Source of the DNA: Escherichia phage vB_EcoM_LNA6
Sequence record: OM630585.1
Reading direction: 5' to 3' (one strand)
Length of the DNA stretch: 64,000 nucleotides
The notes under the pieces are model-generated. The model had not been told where the DNA came from and made no database searches. It worked only from the letters and a program-made list of their open reading frames with translations. Made by a program: the position numbers and the translations under genes. Position 1 is the stretch's first letter. Each line of letters begins with the position of its first letter. Below are positions 19,746 to 30,258 of this stretch, in pieces.

Positions 19746-21980
19746 ATGATTAAGACAATTAAAAAATCAAACGGTACAGTAGTAAGCTTTGACCCAGAAA
19801 GACTGAATAAGTGGGCATCATGGGCAGATAAGCGTGGAATTATCTGGTCAGAAGTCACTATGGAAGCCATGAAGCGTGTCTATGAGGGTTGCACTACAAA
19901 AGAGATGCACCAAGCCATGATTGATGTTTGTGTTGATAAACAAACTCAAGAGTACTCAGATATGGCTGGACGGCTACTTCTGGGGATTATCTACAAAGAA
20001 GCCTTTGGAGGCTTTACTAAGGTCCCTACGCTGGTTACCTTCGTTAAAAATATGGAGAGAGCAGGACTTTGGGAGAAGATGGACTATTCTCAGGAAGAGC
20101 TTGAATATCTGCAAGGATACATTGTGCACTCAAAAGATATCTCTTACGGCTATGCAGTGTTGAAACAGTTCAGAGATAAATATGGTATCCGTGATATTAA
20201 AACGGGAAGACTTTTTGAGTCACCACAATTTATGTTTATGGGTATGGCTATGAAAGCCTTTGAGAAGCAACCAAAGCACCGTAGACTGCAAGATGTTATT
20301 AAGCTGTACACTTACCTATCTGACCTGAAGATTAATGCTCCTACACCTTATCTGAATGGTTTACGTGCTACTAAGTCAGGTTATGCGTCATGCTGTTTGA
20401 TTAAGGCAAATGATACTGCTGAGTCACTTGGTATTGCTGCAAAGGTTGCTTATGATATGACTACGAAGCAAGCTGGTATTGGTATGCTGATGGAGACTCG
20501 TACTATTGGTGATGGTATCCGTCAAAACACTATCGAACACATGGGTAAACTACCTTATTATAAGCTTGTACGTTCATCTGTAGAGGCAAACAAACAGAAG
20601 AGTCGTGGTGGTTCAGCTAATAACTTCTACACTGCTCTAGACCCGCAGATTGAAGATTTACTGCGTTTGAAGCACCCTACAACGGTTCCTTCTAAACGTA
20701 TTAATGAGATGGACTACTCATTCGGCACAAATGATTATTTCTGGCAGTGTGTTCAGTATGATACAGATTGGTTGCTATTCTCTTACAAAGATGCACCAAA
20801 ACTCTATGACATGTTCTACACAGCATCTGCTGATGAGTTTGCTATGGCAGTTGGTCATGCAGTACATTCAGGTGTTAAACACAGACGAGTCAAGGCTCGT
20901 GAAATTGCTAAGCTGTTTATTCAACAGCGTTATGCTACAGGTCGTGTGTATCCATTCTTCACTAACAATGCAAACACACATACACCATTTAAAGAACCAT
21001 TGAAGATGTCAAATCTTTGTATGGAAATTGTATTGCCAGTGTATGGTTTTGAGAAAGAGACAGACCTTTACAGAGACGATGCTGTGAAAGAGGATGGTGA
21101 GGTGGCTCTTTGCTTCCTAGCTAGTTTGGTTGCAGGGAGAATTTCAGAAGATGAATACGCTGACGTTGCTTATTATGCTCTTGCAATGGTTGACTCCGTT
21201 ATTGACCTTATGGATTATCCGTATCCGTCGATGCGTAACCATGTTCAGAAGCGTCGTTCTGTTGGGATTGGCCTTACAAATGTGGCTCATTACCTTGCGA
21301 AGAACTACGTGAACTATTCTTCAAGAGCAGGTAAAACGAAGCTTCATGAGCTTGCTGAAATGCACTCTTACTACTTACACGAAGCTTCTTTGAGACTTGC
21401 TAAAGAGCGTGGTGTTCCAGAGTACATGAAGTTCACTAAGTATCCTGAAGGATGGGTTCCTCCAAAAACAGCTAACAAGAAGATTGATGAAAAGCATGAC
21501 GCAAAACTACGATATGATTGGGATGACTTAGCACAGCGTATCAAAGAAAATGGTGGAATCCGAAACTCTGTATTAGAAGCTTACATGCCTAATGAGAGTT
21601 CTTCACTAGCAACTAATACGACAAATGGCTTGTACCCAATTCGTGACTTTATTTTAACTAAAAAGTCTGCAACTGGTAACGTGCTGTTTATTGTTCCAGA
21701 TTATGAAGAGTTGAAGTATGTCTATGAAATTGCTTGGGGTATTGACACCTTTGACCTGATTGATTGTTATGCAATTGTTCAAAAGTTCACTGGTCAAGCT
21801 ATCTCTTCAGATTTCTATGTTGACTACGCAAAAGCTAAGAAGGTATCATTGGCTCAAGCTTTGAAGTACATGATTTATGCCAACTCTGTAGGTATGAAAA
21901 CCATGTACTACCTTAACAGTCGCATTGGTGTAGGTAAATCTGCACTGCAAGATGCTTATTGCGAGGGATGTGGTGTTTAG
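19746..21980 (+). CDS. nrdA: ribonucleotide reductase class Ia alpha subunit
   Basis: 744 aa; N-terminal ATP-cone-like region, overall RNR large-subunit length, C-terminal Cys pair; followed by nrdB. Confidence 0.85.
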   Translation: MIKTIKKSNGTVVSFDPERLNKWASWADKRGIIWSEVTMEAMKRVYEGCTTKEMHQAMIDVCVDKQTQEYSDMAGRLLLGIIYKEAFGGFTKVPTLVTFVKNMERAGLWEKMDYSQEELEYLQGYIVHSKDISYGYAVLKQFRDKYGIRDIKTGRLFESPQFMFMGMAMKAFEKQPKHRRLQDVIKLYTYLSDLKINAPTPYLNGLRATKSGYASCCLIKANDTAESLGIAAKVAYDMTTKQAGIGMLMETRTIGDGIRQNTIEHMGKLPYYKLVRSSVEANKQKSRGGSANNFYTALDPQIEDLLRLKHPTTVPSKRINEMDYSFGTNDYFWQCVQYDTDWLLFSYKDAPKLYDMFYTASADEFAMAVGHAVHSGVKHRRVKAREIAKLFIQQRYATGRVYPFFTNNANTHTPFKEPLKMSNLCMEIVLPVYGFEKETDLYRDDAVKEDGEVALCFLASLVAGRISEDEYADVAYYALAMVDSVIDLMDYPYPSMRNHVQKRRSVGIGLTNVAHYLAKNYVNYSSRAGKTKLHELAEMHSYYLHEASLRLAKERGVPEYMKFTKYPEGWVPPKTANKKIDEKHDAKLRYDWDDLAQRIKENGGIRNSVLEAYMPNESSSLATNTTNGLYPIRDFILTKKSATGNVLFIVPDYEELKYVYEIAWGIDTFDLIDCYAIVQKFTGQAISSDFYVDYAKAKKVSLAQALKYMIYANSVGMKTMYYLNSRIGVGKSALQDAYCEGCGV

Positions 21981-22035
21981 TTTTAACAACTATGAGGGTC
22001 GTAAAAGACCCTCTAAAAATAACTTTGGAGAGACC

Positions 22036-22293
22036 ATGAAAGATTTAATAGAAAAACATGAGCGACCAATATACTTGCTCTACAAACCCCGCAAAGCATT
22101 GTACTATGTGAGCAGCACAGGTATCATGATAAAGCAGAATAATGACTTATGGGTCACTGGAGCTTCTTACATCTCTACAGCAGATGGTAAAATCTATGCA
22201 AGACCTTATGAGATGTTTAACAAAGAAAATTGGGAAGTTTTAGACAGAAAACAAGCCTTAGAAATGATAAAGAAAGGAGAAATCACGCTATGA
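22036..22293 (+). CDS. hypothetical protein
   Basis: ORF between nrdA and nrdB; start adjusted to ATG with GGAGAG RBS. Confidence 0.3.
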   Translation: MKDLIEKHERPIYLLYKPRKALYYVSSTGIMIKQNNDLWVTGASYISTADGKIYARPYEMFNKENWEVLDRKQALEMIKKGEITL

Positions 22294-23363
22294 TTAACCA
22301 GCACCCAATCTTTTTAGGTGGTGAGAGAAAAACTTTTGACTCACTTAATAAGCACTACCCAAAAATCTTTGAGCTTTATAAACAACAAAAAGCACAAGAT
22401 TGGTCAGAAGATGAGTTCCCTTTTGAACAATCACGTCTTGATTTTGAGAGTGTCCCAGCATCAATGTCAGGTGTAATGCTTGAGATTCTTAAGTGGCAAT
22501 GGGAAGCAGACACTCAAGTTGCTAAGAGCTTGGCATTTGCCTTTGCACCCTTTATCTCTGATGACATCTATGCAACTGCAATTATGAAGCAGTCTGAGAT
22601 TGAAAACCTACATGCTCTTACTTACTCAGAGATTGTAAGACAATGTATTAAAAACCCTGAAACAATCTTAGATGAGATTAACCAGAATGTTGCTGTGCAA
22701 GACCGATTAAAAACTGTGAATCGTGTTCTTGAAGAATTACTGGATGAAGGTATAAACTATCGTCTGAGTTATGTTCGTGATTCACTTCTGGACAAAGACC
22801 CTTTACACTTCCATAAAGTGATTCTGAAAGGGCTGTTTGCAGTGACTGCACTTGAAGGTATATCTTTTATGGCATCATTTGCATGTACTTTTGCACTTGA
22901 TGCTCAAGATAAATTTCAGGGTATTGCTCAAGCGGTACAGAAAATTATGCTTGACGAAATCCTTCACACTAAAATTGATATTGAAGTTTTAAAAGAAACT
23001 TTAAGAGATGATGAGTGGCAGAAAGCTTTTCAACAAATTCTTCCAGAGATTAAAGTAATCTTAGATGAAGTAGTTGAAAGTGAAGAGAAATGGTCGTATT
23101 ATATCTTCTCCGAAGGACGTGCTGTAGTTGGCCTAAATACAAAGCTTCTTCATGAGTGGGTTTACTATAATGCTGCCCCATTGTATGATATGTTTGGCAT
23201 TCCCAGAGATTTTGTAGCTCCTAAAGAACCACCTTTGAAGTACATGATTAAGAAGATGGAAATTGATAAAGAGCAGAATGCTAATCAGGAGCAACAGAAC
23301 GGTGCGTACCTATTGAATACTGTTGTAGATGATTTGAATAGTGGATTTTTAGAGGTTCCTTAA
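22291..23363 (+). CDS. nrdB: ribonucleotide reductase class Ia beta subunit
   Basis: About 357 aa with conserved E/H-rich di-iron helices; start at ATG after AAAGGAGA RBS. Confidence 0.85.
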
Positions 23364-23605
23364 TGACTTATGTAATTTACTCCAAAACTGGATGCCCTCA
23401 GTGTGAGACTGCAAAGAATTTTGCAAAAGCTCGTGGTATTGACCATGTTGTGAGAATGTTAGGGCAGGACTATGAGCTATCAGACCTGATGGATATTGCA
23501 CAGATGCCAGTTCGTCAGATGCCATTCATCATGAAAACTGATGGACAAAACCTAAAACCTGTTGGTACGCTACAGAATTTTATGGCAGAGGTGAATAATG
23601 CTTAA
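23363..23605 (+). CDS. glutaredoxin-like protein
   Basis: 80 aa with CPQC redox motif; overlapping start with nrdB stop. Confidence 0.65.
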   Translation: MTYVIYSKTGCPQCETAKNFAKARGIDHVVRMLGQDYELSDLMDIAQMPVRQMPFIMKTDGQNLKPVGTLQNFMAEVNNA

Positions 23606-23804
23606 ACGCCTTTGGGAAGGTTTGGTTGTTGATGCACCAGCTATTGTGATTGGTATGCTTATTGTTAACCTATTTACTGACTTTGAACAAGGTTCATTGT
23701 TTGGAGCTATGTTACTATGGGTTATCTTTGAAATATTAGAGATACAGTTAGGTATAACTGAAAAACTAAGAGAACTCTTTTCGAAGTTTTCTAAAAAGAT
23801 TTAA
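23598..23804 (+). CDS. small membrane protein
   Basis: 68 aa hydrophobic ORF. Confidence 0.3.
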   Translation: MLKRLWEGLVVDAPAIVIGMLIVNLFTDFEQGSLFGAMLLWVIFEILEIQLGITEKLRELFSKFSKKI

Positions 23805-23810
23805 AATGAA

Positions 23811-23833
23811 AGGGTCTCTTCGGAGACCTTTTT
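23811..23833 (+). terminator. intrinsic terminator
   Basis: gggtctcTTCGgagacc hairpin + TTTTT. Confidence 0.6.
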
Positions 23834-23852
23834 AGCATGTAAAGGGGCAATA

Positions 23853-25049
23853 ATGAACAAAGTACAGATTATTAAAAAGAACGGCTCACTTGAAGAACCT
23901 GATATCAAAAAAGTTTTAGCAGCAGTCACAAAGTCAGCTAACAGAGTTGGTTATAAAGAGCTTCCACCAGATGTTACTCAAGCTCTTGAGTCAGCATTTA
24001 TGAGGATTCTGGTAAAATCTACTAAGCAGAATAATTTACTCGTTTCAGTAAATGATATTCACAGTATTGTTGAGGGTGCTTTGGCAGAAGTCAATCACGA
24101 GATTTATGAGTCTTACTCAACATATAGAAATTACCGTAAAGAGGTTGCTCAAAATTGGGATGAACTTTACCAGAAGACCAAAGATACACTCTTCTTAGGT
24201 GACCGAGAAAACGCTAATTTTGACAGCAGTTTAATTTCTACAAAAGGTTCAATTATTCGTGGTTACCTGACTAAAGAAATCTTTAAACAGTACCACTTAA
24301 CACCAGAGGAACTTGAAGCCATTGAAAAAGGGTTTATTTATATCCATGACTTAAGAGACCTAATTTTTGGTGGTATCAACTGTTGTCTGTTTGACATTGG
24401 TAAAGTGCTGAAAGGTGGCTTTGAAATGTCTGGCATTGAATATTGTGAACCGAAGTCTGTACTGTCAGCATTACAGGTTATTGGCGATGTAGTTCTTTCA
24501 GCAACTGCACAGCAATTTGGTGGCTTTACTTTAGCAGAGATTGATAAGGTACTTGTACCGTATGCTAAAAAATCTTTAGTGTACCACTCAGAGAAAGCTG
24601 AAGAGTACGGAATCCCTAAAGAGCAACACTATAATTACGTAATGGAGCAATTACAGAATGAGTTAACACAAGGTTTCCAATCTCTTGAAATGAAACTTAA
24701 CACTGTTCCTTGCAGTCGCGGTGATTTTGCATTTACTACTCTGACATTTGGTCTGTTGGAACCAGATATGCACAATGAAGATAACCGTCTTCAGTTTATG
24801 ATTGCCAATACAATCCTTAACGTAAGGATGAACGGGCAAGGAAAAAGCAAAAAACCTGTTGTGTTCCCTAAACTTGTGTATATCTATGAAGAAACGAGAC
24901 ATAAGCTTGATGTATGCCAAGTAAGGTTGTTTGAAAAAGCTATTGAGTGTTGCTCTAAAGCTATGTATCCAGATTTCTTAAGTGTATCTGGTCATGGTGC
25001 TGTAGCAGAGGCTTTTGAGCGTTCTGGTAAGGTAATTTCCCCGATGGGT
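23853..25049 (+). CDS. nrdD: anaerobic ribonucleotide reductase, exon 1
   Basis: N-terminal ATP-cone; ends ...KVISPMG and continues in frame as CRAFLSPYH... at 25792. Confidence 0.8.
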
Positions 25050-25791
25050 TAACAAGCTCTATAGCTCATCTAAAACGTGCCTAAACAGGGAAACTCTACA
25101 GATGTAGACAATCCTGTGCTAAATGATGTACGATGTAAGAAACTATACAACATAGGAGTCTTACATGCCAAACTATCACGTCACTGAAGATGGAAAAGTC
25201 TTTAGGGAAAATGGTGTAGAGCTTACGCAGTGGAAATCCAACACTGGGTATATGAAAGTGAGGTTTTACGGTAAGAAGAATCGTGACATGTATGTCCACA
25301 GGTTAGTTGCTGAGAAATATGTACCTAACCCGAACAATCTTCCAATTGTAAAACATAAGGACGATAACAAACTAAATAACCACGTATCTAACTTAGAATG
25401 GGGTACTCATTCTGAGAATGCTAAAGAAGGTTATGAGAATGGATGCTACAAGTTCCACAAGCGTTCATATGCCGTGAAAGCCACACACAAAGTGACAAAG
25501 GAAGTTATTGTTACTAAGTCAATACGAGAGTTATCCAATATACTTGGATACAATCGCAAGACCATCTCTTCAATATTGAAGGGTGTAAAAGAGCATAATA
25601 ACTTCGAATATGAGTTTGAATACATCTAAATGCCGAACGACTAACCGTGATGAATGTAGCGGTGTAGGGTCAAGCGACTCGAAATGGTACGCTACTTAGA
25701 AATAAGTAGAAGATATAGTCTGGACTTACTGGCGACAGTAAGCAGCTTGAATAAAGCGGGGTAAGCTTAGCGAACTTACCTGAACAATAAG
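25050..25791 (+). other. putative group I intron in nrdD
   Basis: 742 nt between exons; exon 1 ends in T, intron ends in G, spliced product is colinear NrdD; carries an HNH ORF. Confidence 0.6.
25165..25629 (+). CDS. HNH homing endonuclease (intron-encoded)
   Basis: 154 aa; HRLVAEKYV...NN...N HNH-type motif, AGGAG RBS; inside nrdD intron. Confidence 0.7.
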   Translation: MPNYHVTEDGKVFRENGVELTQWKSNTGYMKVRFYGKKNRDMYVHRLVAEKYVPNPNNLPIVKHKDDNKLNNHVSNLEWGTHSENAKEGYENGCYKFHKRSYAVKATHKVTKEVIVTKSIRELSNILGYNRKTISSILKGVKEHNNFEYEFEYI

Positions 25792-26739
25792 TGTAGAGCA
25801 TTTTTATCACCATACCATAACGAATATGGTGAAGAGTTTTATGTAGGTCGTGCTAACATTGGTGCTGTATCTTTGAACTTACCAATGATTTACCAGTATT
25901 CTAAAGAGAAGGGCTTAGATTTCTGGAAAGAGCTTGATAAGTACCTAGAGATGATTCGCAGCTTCCACAAGAAACGCTACGAAATGATTGCTAATATGCC
26001 AGCAAGTTCTAACCCTCTTGCATTCACACAAGGTGGTCTGTACAAAGGGACTAAGAAACCTACTGACAAGGTTGGTTGGGATATCGTGAAGTCCTTCACA
26101 GCTTCTTTTGGGGTTACTGCTCTTGATGAACTGTCTGTTCTTGCTGAAGGTAAACGACTTCATGAAGTTGGAAGATATAGTTTTGCATACGATGTTCTGG
26201 AATACATCAACATGAAAACTGAAGAGTTTAAGAACGAAGATGGCTTCTTGTATGCGGTATATGGCACTCCAGCAGAATCACTTTGTGGAACTCAGTTAAA
26301 ACAGTTCAGAGATATGTTTGGCGTTATTAAAGGTGTCTCTGACAAGGAATACTTTACAAACAGTTTCCATATGAATGTTGCAGCAGACATCTCACCATTT
26401 GAGAAGCAGGACTTAGAAGAGCCATTCTTCCATATCTGTAGAGGTGGCAGAATCCAGTATGTAAGGGTAGCTAACCCAGAAAACTTAACAGCACTTAAAA
26501 GTTGTATTACCAGAGGGATGTTGAAGGGTTTTTATCAGGGACTTAACTTTAACTTAGCAATCTGTGAACATTGTGGTAACAGACCAAAGGCTGATGTTGA
26601 AGAATGTGAGGTTTGTCATTCACACGATATCTCTGTGATTAACAGGGTGTGCGGATATTTGGGATGGACTAAGATTAAAGGTGAATCCCGAATGAATGAT
26701 GCAAAAATCGCTGAGATTCGTGACAGAATTTCTATGTAA
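25792..26739 (+). CDS. nrdD: anaerobic ribonucleotide reductase, exon 2
   Basis: C-terminal CEHCG...CEVC zinc site and RVCGYLG glycyl-radical motif. Confidence 0.8.
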   Translation, partial: CRAFLSPYHNEYGEEFYVGRANIGAVSLNLPMIYQYSKEKGLDFWKELDKYLEMIRSFHKKRYEMIANMPASSNPLAFTQGGLYKGTKKPTDKVGWDIVKSFTASFGVTALDELSVLAEGKRLHEVGRYSFAYDVLEYINMKTEEFKNEDGFLYAVYGTPAESLCGTQLKQFRDMFGVIKGVSDKEYFTNSFHMNVAADISPFEKQDLEEPFFHICRGGRIQYVRVANPENLTALKSCITRGMLKGFYQGLNFNLAICEHCGNRPKADVEECEVCHSHDISVINRVCGYLGWTKIKGESRMNDAKIAEIRDRISM

Positions 26740-26750
26740 AACTTGACAAG

Positions 26751-27137
26751 GTGATGTGGGTCTTGATAGGCTTACATCACCTTTTTATTTGGAGTTACAT
26801 TATGGACTTGTGGCTTTATGTAGCAGCTTGTGGGATTGTATGTCTGATAATCTTATTTATTCTTGGAATAATGCGATTTAGAGACATAATACAGTCAGAT
26901 TTTTTGCCTGAGTTTGCCATGATAGTTGGGGTTATTGCCCTTTGTGTCTTGGCAGTGTTCTATTCATACAAAACTGTGATATGGATGGAGGCAAACAATT
27001 GTGTAAAAACTCATCAGCATCGTGAGGTTACTCATTTTGTGAGTGTACTTAGTGGTAGCACCACTATACTTGTCCCACAAACTTCTGTAGAGTATCTTTA
27101 CACATGTGATAATGGTAAAACTATATGGTGGAATTAA
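26751..27137 (+). CDS. membrane protein (hypothetical)
   Basis: 128 aa with hydrophobic segments. Confidence 0.35.
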   Translation: MMWVLIGLHHLFIWSYIMDLWLYVAACGIVCLIILFILGIMRFRDIIQSDFLPEFAMIVGVIALCVLAVFYSYKTVIWMEANNCVKTHQHREVTHFVSVLSGSTTILVPQTSVEYLYTCDNGKTIWWN

Positions 27138-27340
27138 CAATGACAACAATCTTAAAGGTATTGACACCCATACTACACATAGTAATCTTCTTCTTTGGTG
27201 TTAGTGTTATGGTATGGGGTTTTTCAGACCCACAATGGAATTTCTCATATCATGGTAAGATGGATTTATGGTCATGCTTCAAACCATTTTTAGGGTTAGC
27301 TATAGCATTCAGTGCATTACCAACTAAGGTGAAATTATGA
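27125..27340 (+). CDS. small membrane protein (hypothetical)
   Basis: 71 aa, two hydrophobic segments. Confidence 0.3.
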   Translation: MVELTMTTILKVLTPILHIVIFFFGVSVMVWGFSDPQWNFSYHGKMDLWSCFKPFLGLAIAFSALPTKVKL

Positions 27341-27732
27341 TTAAGTTAAACCAAAAACAGTTAGAGTGGATTAAAGATTACGCCTCAGAGTGTGGCTCTT
27401 GCGAAAAGAATCACGTAAGATACTCAACATTCCACACGGTCTTCACATTGTACATCAGCGACAACGTTCTAAGTGATTCTGTAGAAGATGGTGTAGCATT
27501 ACCTAATGAATTACTTGATAAACTGGCTGTAGTCTCTGGAACTTGGTCTGAAGAGGATGGTCATGAGCTATCTGACGATGTTATCTTCTACACCCTTGAA
27601 AACATCATGAATCCAGAGTACATTATGCTAATGACTTGCGCACAAGATTGTGTACCATTACAAAACTTCATTAAAGAGCACTGTGAAGAATTTATTACTA
27701 AACAGGTTCCTTGTCAGGTGGTGTTTGAATGA
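27337..27732 (+). CDS. hypothetical protein
   Basis: 131 aa ORF. Confidence 0.4.
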   Translation: MIKLNQKQLEWIKDYASECGSCEKNHVRYSTFHTVFTLYISDNVLSDSVEDGVALPNELLDKLAVVSGTWSEEDGHELSDDVIFYTLENIMNPEYIMLMTCAQDCVPLQNFIKEHCEEFITKQVPCQVVFE

Positions 27733-28028
27733 GTAAAACAATTCGAAGAAAAGGTTTAAAGAACGTTCATGGGCTTTATGAGTGGAGAAATGAGGTACGT
27801 AACAGAGAAAACGCTTCAGATGTCTACTTCCATTCTGATATGATGTCCAGAAAAGGTGGCTCTTATGACTTTACAAGCCAACCTTGTAGAGAGATTAAGA
27901 AGGCTACTAAACGTCTTACAAGAACACAAATAAGGCAGCTTACTAAGACATCTTTCTTAGATGAATACTTTGACATTGACAGCAAGTCTCCAAAGAAAGC
28001 TGCTCAGAGCACTTATATGTATTGGTGA
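27729..28028 (+). CDS. hypothetical protein
   Basis: 99 aa basic ORF. Confidence 0.4.
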   Translation: MSKTIRRKGLKNVHGLYEWRNEVRNRENASDVYFHSDMMSRKGGSYDFTSQPCREIKKATKRLTRTQIRQLTKTSFLDEYFDIDSKSPKKAAQSTYMYW

Positions 28029-28037
28029 GGTAACTAG

Positions 28038-28523
28038 ATGAATTACATGGAGATTAGACCATTTGACACAGCTAATGGTGAAGGGGTTCGTGTAAGCCTC
28101 TTCGTAGCTGGCTGTAAACATCACTGTGAAGGCTGCTTTAACAGGGAGTCTTGGAAGTTTAATGCTGGTAAAGTATTTACTTATGCAAACCTCTACGGCA
28201 TCATTAAGTTAATGGATGATGAGGCCATCAGTGGGTTGTCAATACTTGGTGGGGAGCCTCTGGATGATAGAAACATTCAAGAGGTCACCAACATATGCAA
28301 ACGTATTAAAACTGTTTATCCAGAAAAGTCTATATGGCTTTGGACAGGTTTTCAACTGCACGAAAAAATCCACTTAGATGTGATGAAATATGTTGACGTG
28401 GTGATTGATGGTAAGTATGATTCATCTAAACCAACAGTTAAACCATATCGTGGTTCTGATAACCAAAACCTCTGGAGAAAAGAGTATGGATGGCAAGGTG
28501 ATTGTCAATGGCGAGCAGAGTGA
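28038..28523 (+). CDS. nrdG: anaerobic ribonucleotide reductase activating protein
   Basis: N-terminal radical-SAM Cys cluster (CKHHCEGC) and overall NrdG size. Confidence 0.8.
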   Translation: MNYMEIRPFDTANGEGVRVSLFVAGCKHHCEGCFNRESWKFNAGKVFTYANLYGIIKLMDDEAISGLSILGGEPLDDRNIQEVTNICKRIKTVYPEKSIWLWTGFQLHEKIHLDVMKYVDVVIDGKYDSSKPTVKPYRGSDNQNLWRKEYGWQGDCQWRAE

Positions 28524-28761
28524 TTATTCTGGCAAATGGACTTACGACATCAACAAGTTAGATGCTTGGATGATTTATACGAGAGAAAAATTTGGTGCAA
28601 GTTCATTATGTGCTCTTGCAACGATGGTGAAGAACGTTACCTTTGACATTCATGACTCAGATAAGTTTGGAGACTTCTACAGGATTCAAAACATCAGAGA
28701 AGGTATGACTCCAATTGGTATCACTGAAGAAGAACTTCATAAGTTCTGTATTAAACTTTAA
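28489..28761 (+). CDS. hypothetical protein
   Basis: ORF overlapping nrdG end; start uncertain. Confidence 0.3.
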   Translation, partial: DGKVIVNGEQSDYSGKWTYDINKLDAWMIYTREKFGASSLCALATMVKNVTFDIHDSDKFGDFYRIQNIREGMTPIGITEEELHKFCIKL

Positions 28762-28776
28762 TGAGAGAGACTAAAA

Positions 28777-29043
28777 ATGGGAATTTTAGGTAATATGAAA
28801 GCTGGATTCTTGAAAGCACTGGAAAAAGCAGCAGCAATCATTTCTATGACTGGAAAGCAGGTTGGTGTCGATGCTTCAGCAGTTGCACAAGTTCTTGCAA
28901 GCCAAATTGAACAGCAGCCTTACATCTACGTAGGACGTGGAAAAGGTGGTAAAAAACAAGCACATCGACCAACTGGTGCAGCAGCAATTAAACGTGCAGC
29001 TAAGAAAGCTCGTAACCGTAAACGTAATAAGAAGGCTAAATAA
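28777..29043 (+). CDS. small basic protein
   Basis: 88 aa, Lys/Arg-rich C-terminus. Confidence 0.35.
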   Translation: MGILGNMKAGFLKALEKAAAIISMTGKQVGVDASAVAQVLASQIEQQPYIYVGRGKGGKKQAHRPTGAAAIKRAAKKARNRKRNKKAK

Positions 29044-29045
29044 TC

Positions 29046-29366
29046 ATGAGCAAAGTTTATAACACTCGCAAATTACAGATTTTCGTACTGTGCCAGTTTA
29101 TGGCTAAAGAATACAACTTCTACTATTGTGGTACAGGTTTTATTAGTGATGATGATGGCTCATACCTCCCATTCAAAGAGGCTGTAAAACTCTTCAATGA
29201 AGAGAAAAGCTCTGAGAAAGATATTGAAAAGGTTAAATTAACCTATAGTAAGAAAGATAAGAAGATTATCTGCCTAGATAACTTTGTAAAAGTTACTGGA
29301 GAAGCAAAAGAGTTTATGGATGAGAGTGAGATTTCATTCACAAGCATCTTGAAAGTAGCTCAGTAA
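29046..29366 (+). CDS. hypothetical protein
   Basis: 106 aa ORF. Confidence 0.4.
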   Translation: MSKVYNTRKLQIFVLCQFMAKEYNFYYCGTGFISDDDGSYLPFKEAVKLFNEEKSSEKDIEKVKLTYSKKDKKIICLDNFVKVTGEAKEFMDESEISFTSILKVAQ

Positions 29367-29420
29367 AAAGATACTATAAGGGGGCTGTAAAGGTTCCCTT
29401 TTTATTTTTGTGGAGATACT

Positions 29421-29936
29421 ATGTACCTGTCAAACCTGAAACGTTCGGCTGCAATGTCAGTGTTAAGACTCAGCTTTGAGGAACGTCAAGAGTTCATTGA
29501 CTCCCACCAATACGACCCCTCAAACTCCAATCACATGATTCTCTGGAATCGTGAGAGTACTCGTGAAAGAGCATTATTCCGATATTACCCATACTACACC
29601 ATAGATAACCTGTATGAATGTTTTGTTGTGAAGAACACCATTACAGTGCTCAATAAACTTTGCAGATACACAGGTAGTCAATCCTTCACATTAGGCCACC
29701 ACAAACCTGTTACAAAAGGTGGTGAACATCACTGTGCAAACTGGTTTATCCAAACTAAAGCTGATAACCAGAAGCAAGGAGATAGCCTCCTAAGTACACC
29801 TAAGATGACCTATGAAGAGCAAGAGAAATATATCAAAAACAATATGCCAGATGTGCTTGACAACAACTATACAGATTTGGCAATATCTCTCCTGTTGAAG
29901 TTCGAGACAGTTTATAGGGCAACTTATAATGGCTAA
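29421..29936 (+). CDS. hypothetical protein
   Basis: 171 aa ORF. Confidence 0.4.
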   Translation: MYLSNLKRSAAMSVLRLSFEERQEFIDSHQYDPSNSNHMILWNRESTRERALFRYYPYYTIDNLYECFVVKNTITVLNKLCRYTGSQSFTLGHHKPVTKGGEHHCANWFIQTKADNQKQGDSLLSTPKMTYEEQEKYIKNNMPDVLDNNYTDLAISLLLKFETVYRATYNG

Positions 29937-30258
29937 AGAGAAGTGGGAGATTTTACCATTAGTCAGTGAAGGTGGTAATGGTTGTGAGATGTACATGATA
30001 CGTGGTCATGTTCCAGAACCAATTGCACTTGAGATGGTAAACAACTTTACAGATGGTTCTTACAAAGACTTAGGCGAACCAACTGTCAAGCAACAATGGG
30101 TTAAACCTGTACCAGACAGCACAGGTAACTGTAGTGTACTTTATCACGTTGTAGACCCTGCAAAATGCAAATCTGCAATGGCAGTAACAAACGTAACTTT
30201 GATTGAGAGAGAAAACTATGAAGACATCTATCCGTGTTACAGTTCATTCACCAACTAA
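29929..30258 (+). CDS. hypothetical protein
   Basis: 109 aa ORF. Confidence 0.35.
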   Translation: MAKEKWEILPLVSEGGNGCEMYMIRGHVPEPIALEMVNNFTDGSYKDLGEPTVKQQWVKPVPDSTGNCSVLYHVVDPAKCKSAMAVTNVTLIERENYEDIYPCYSSFTN

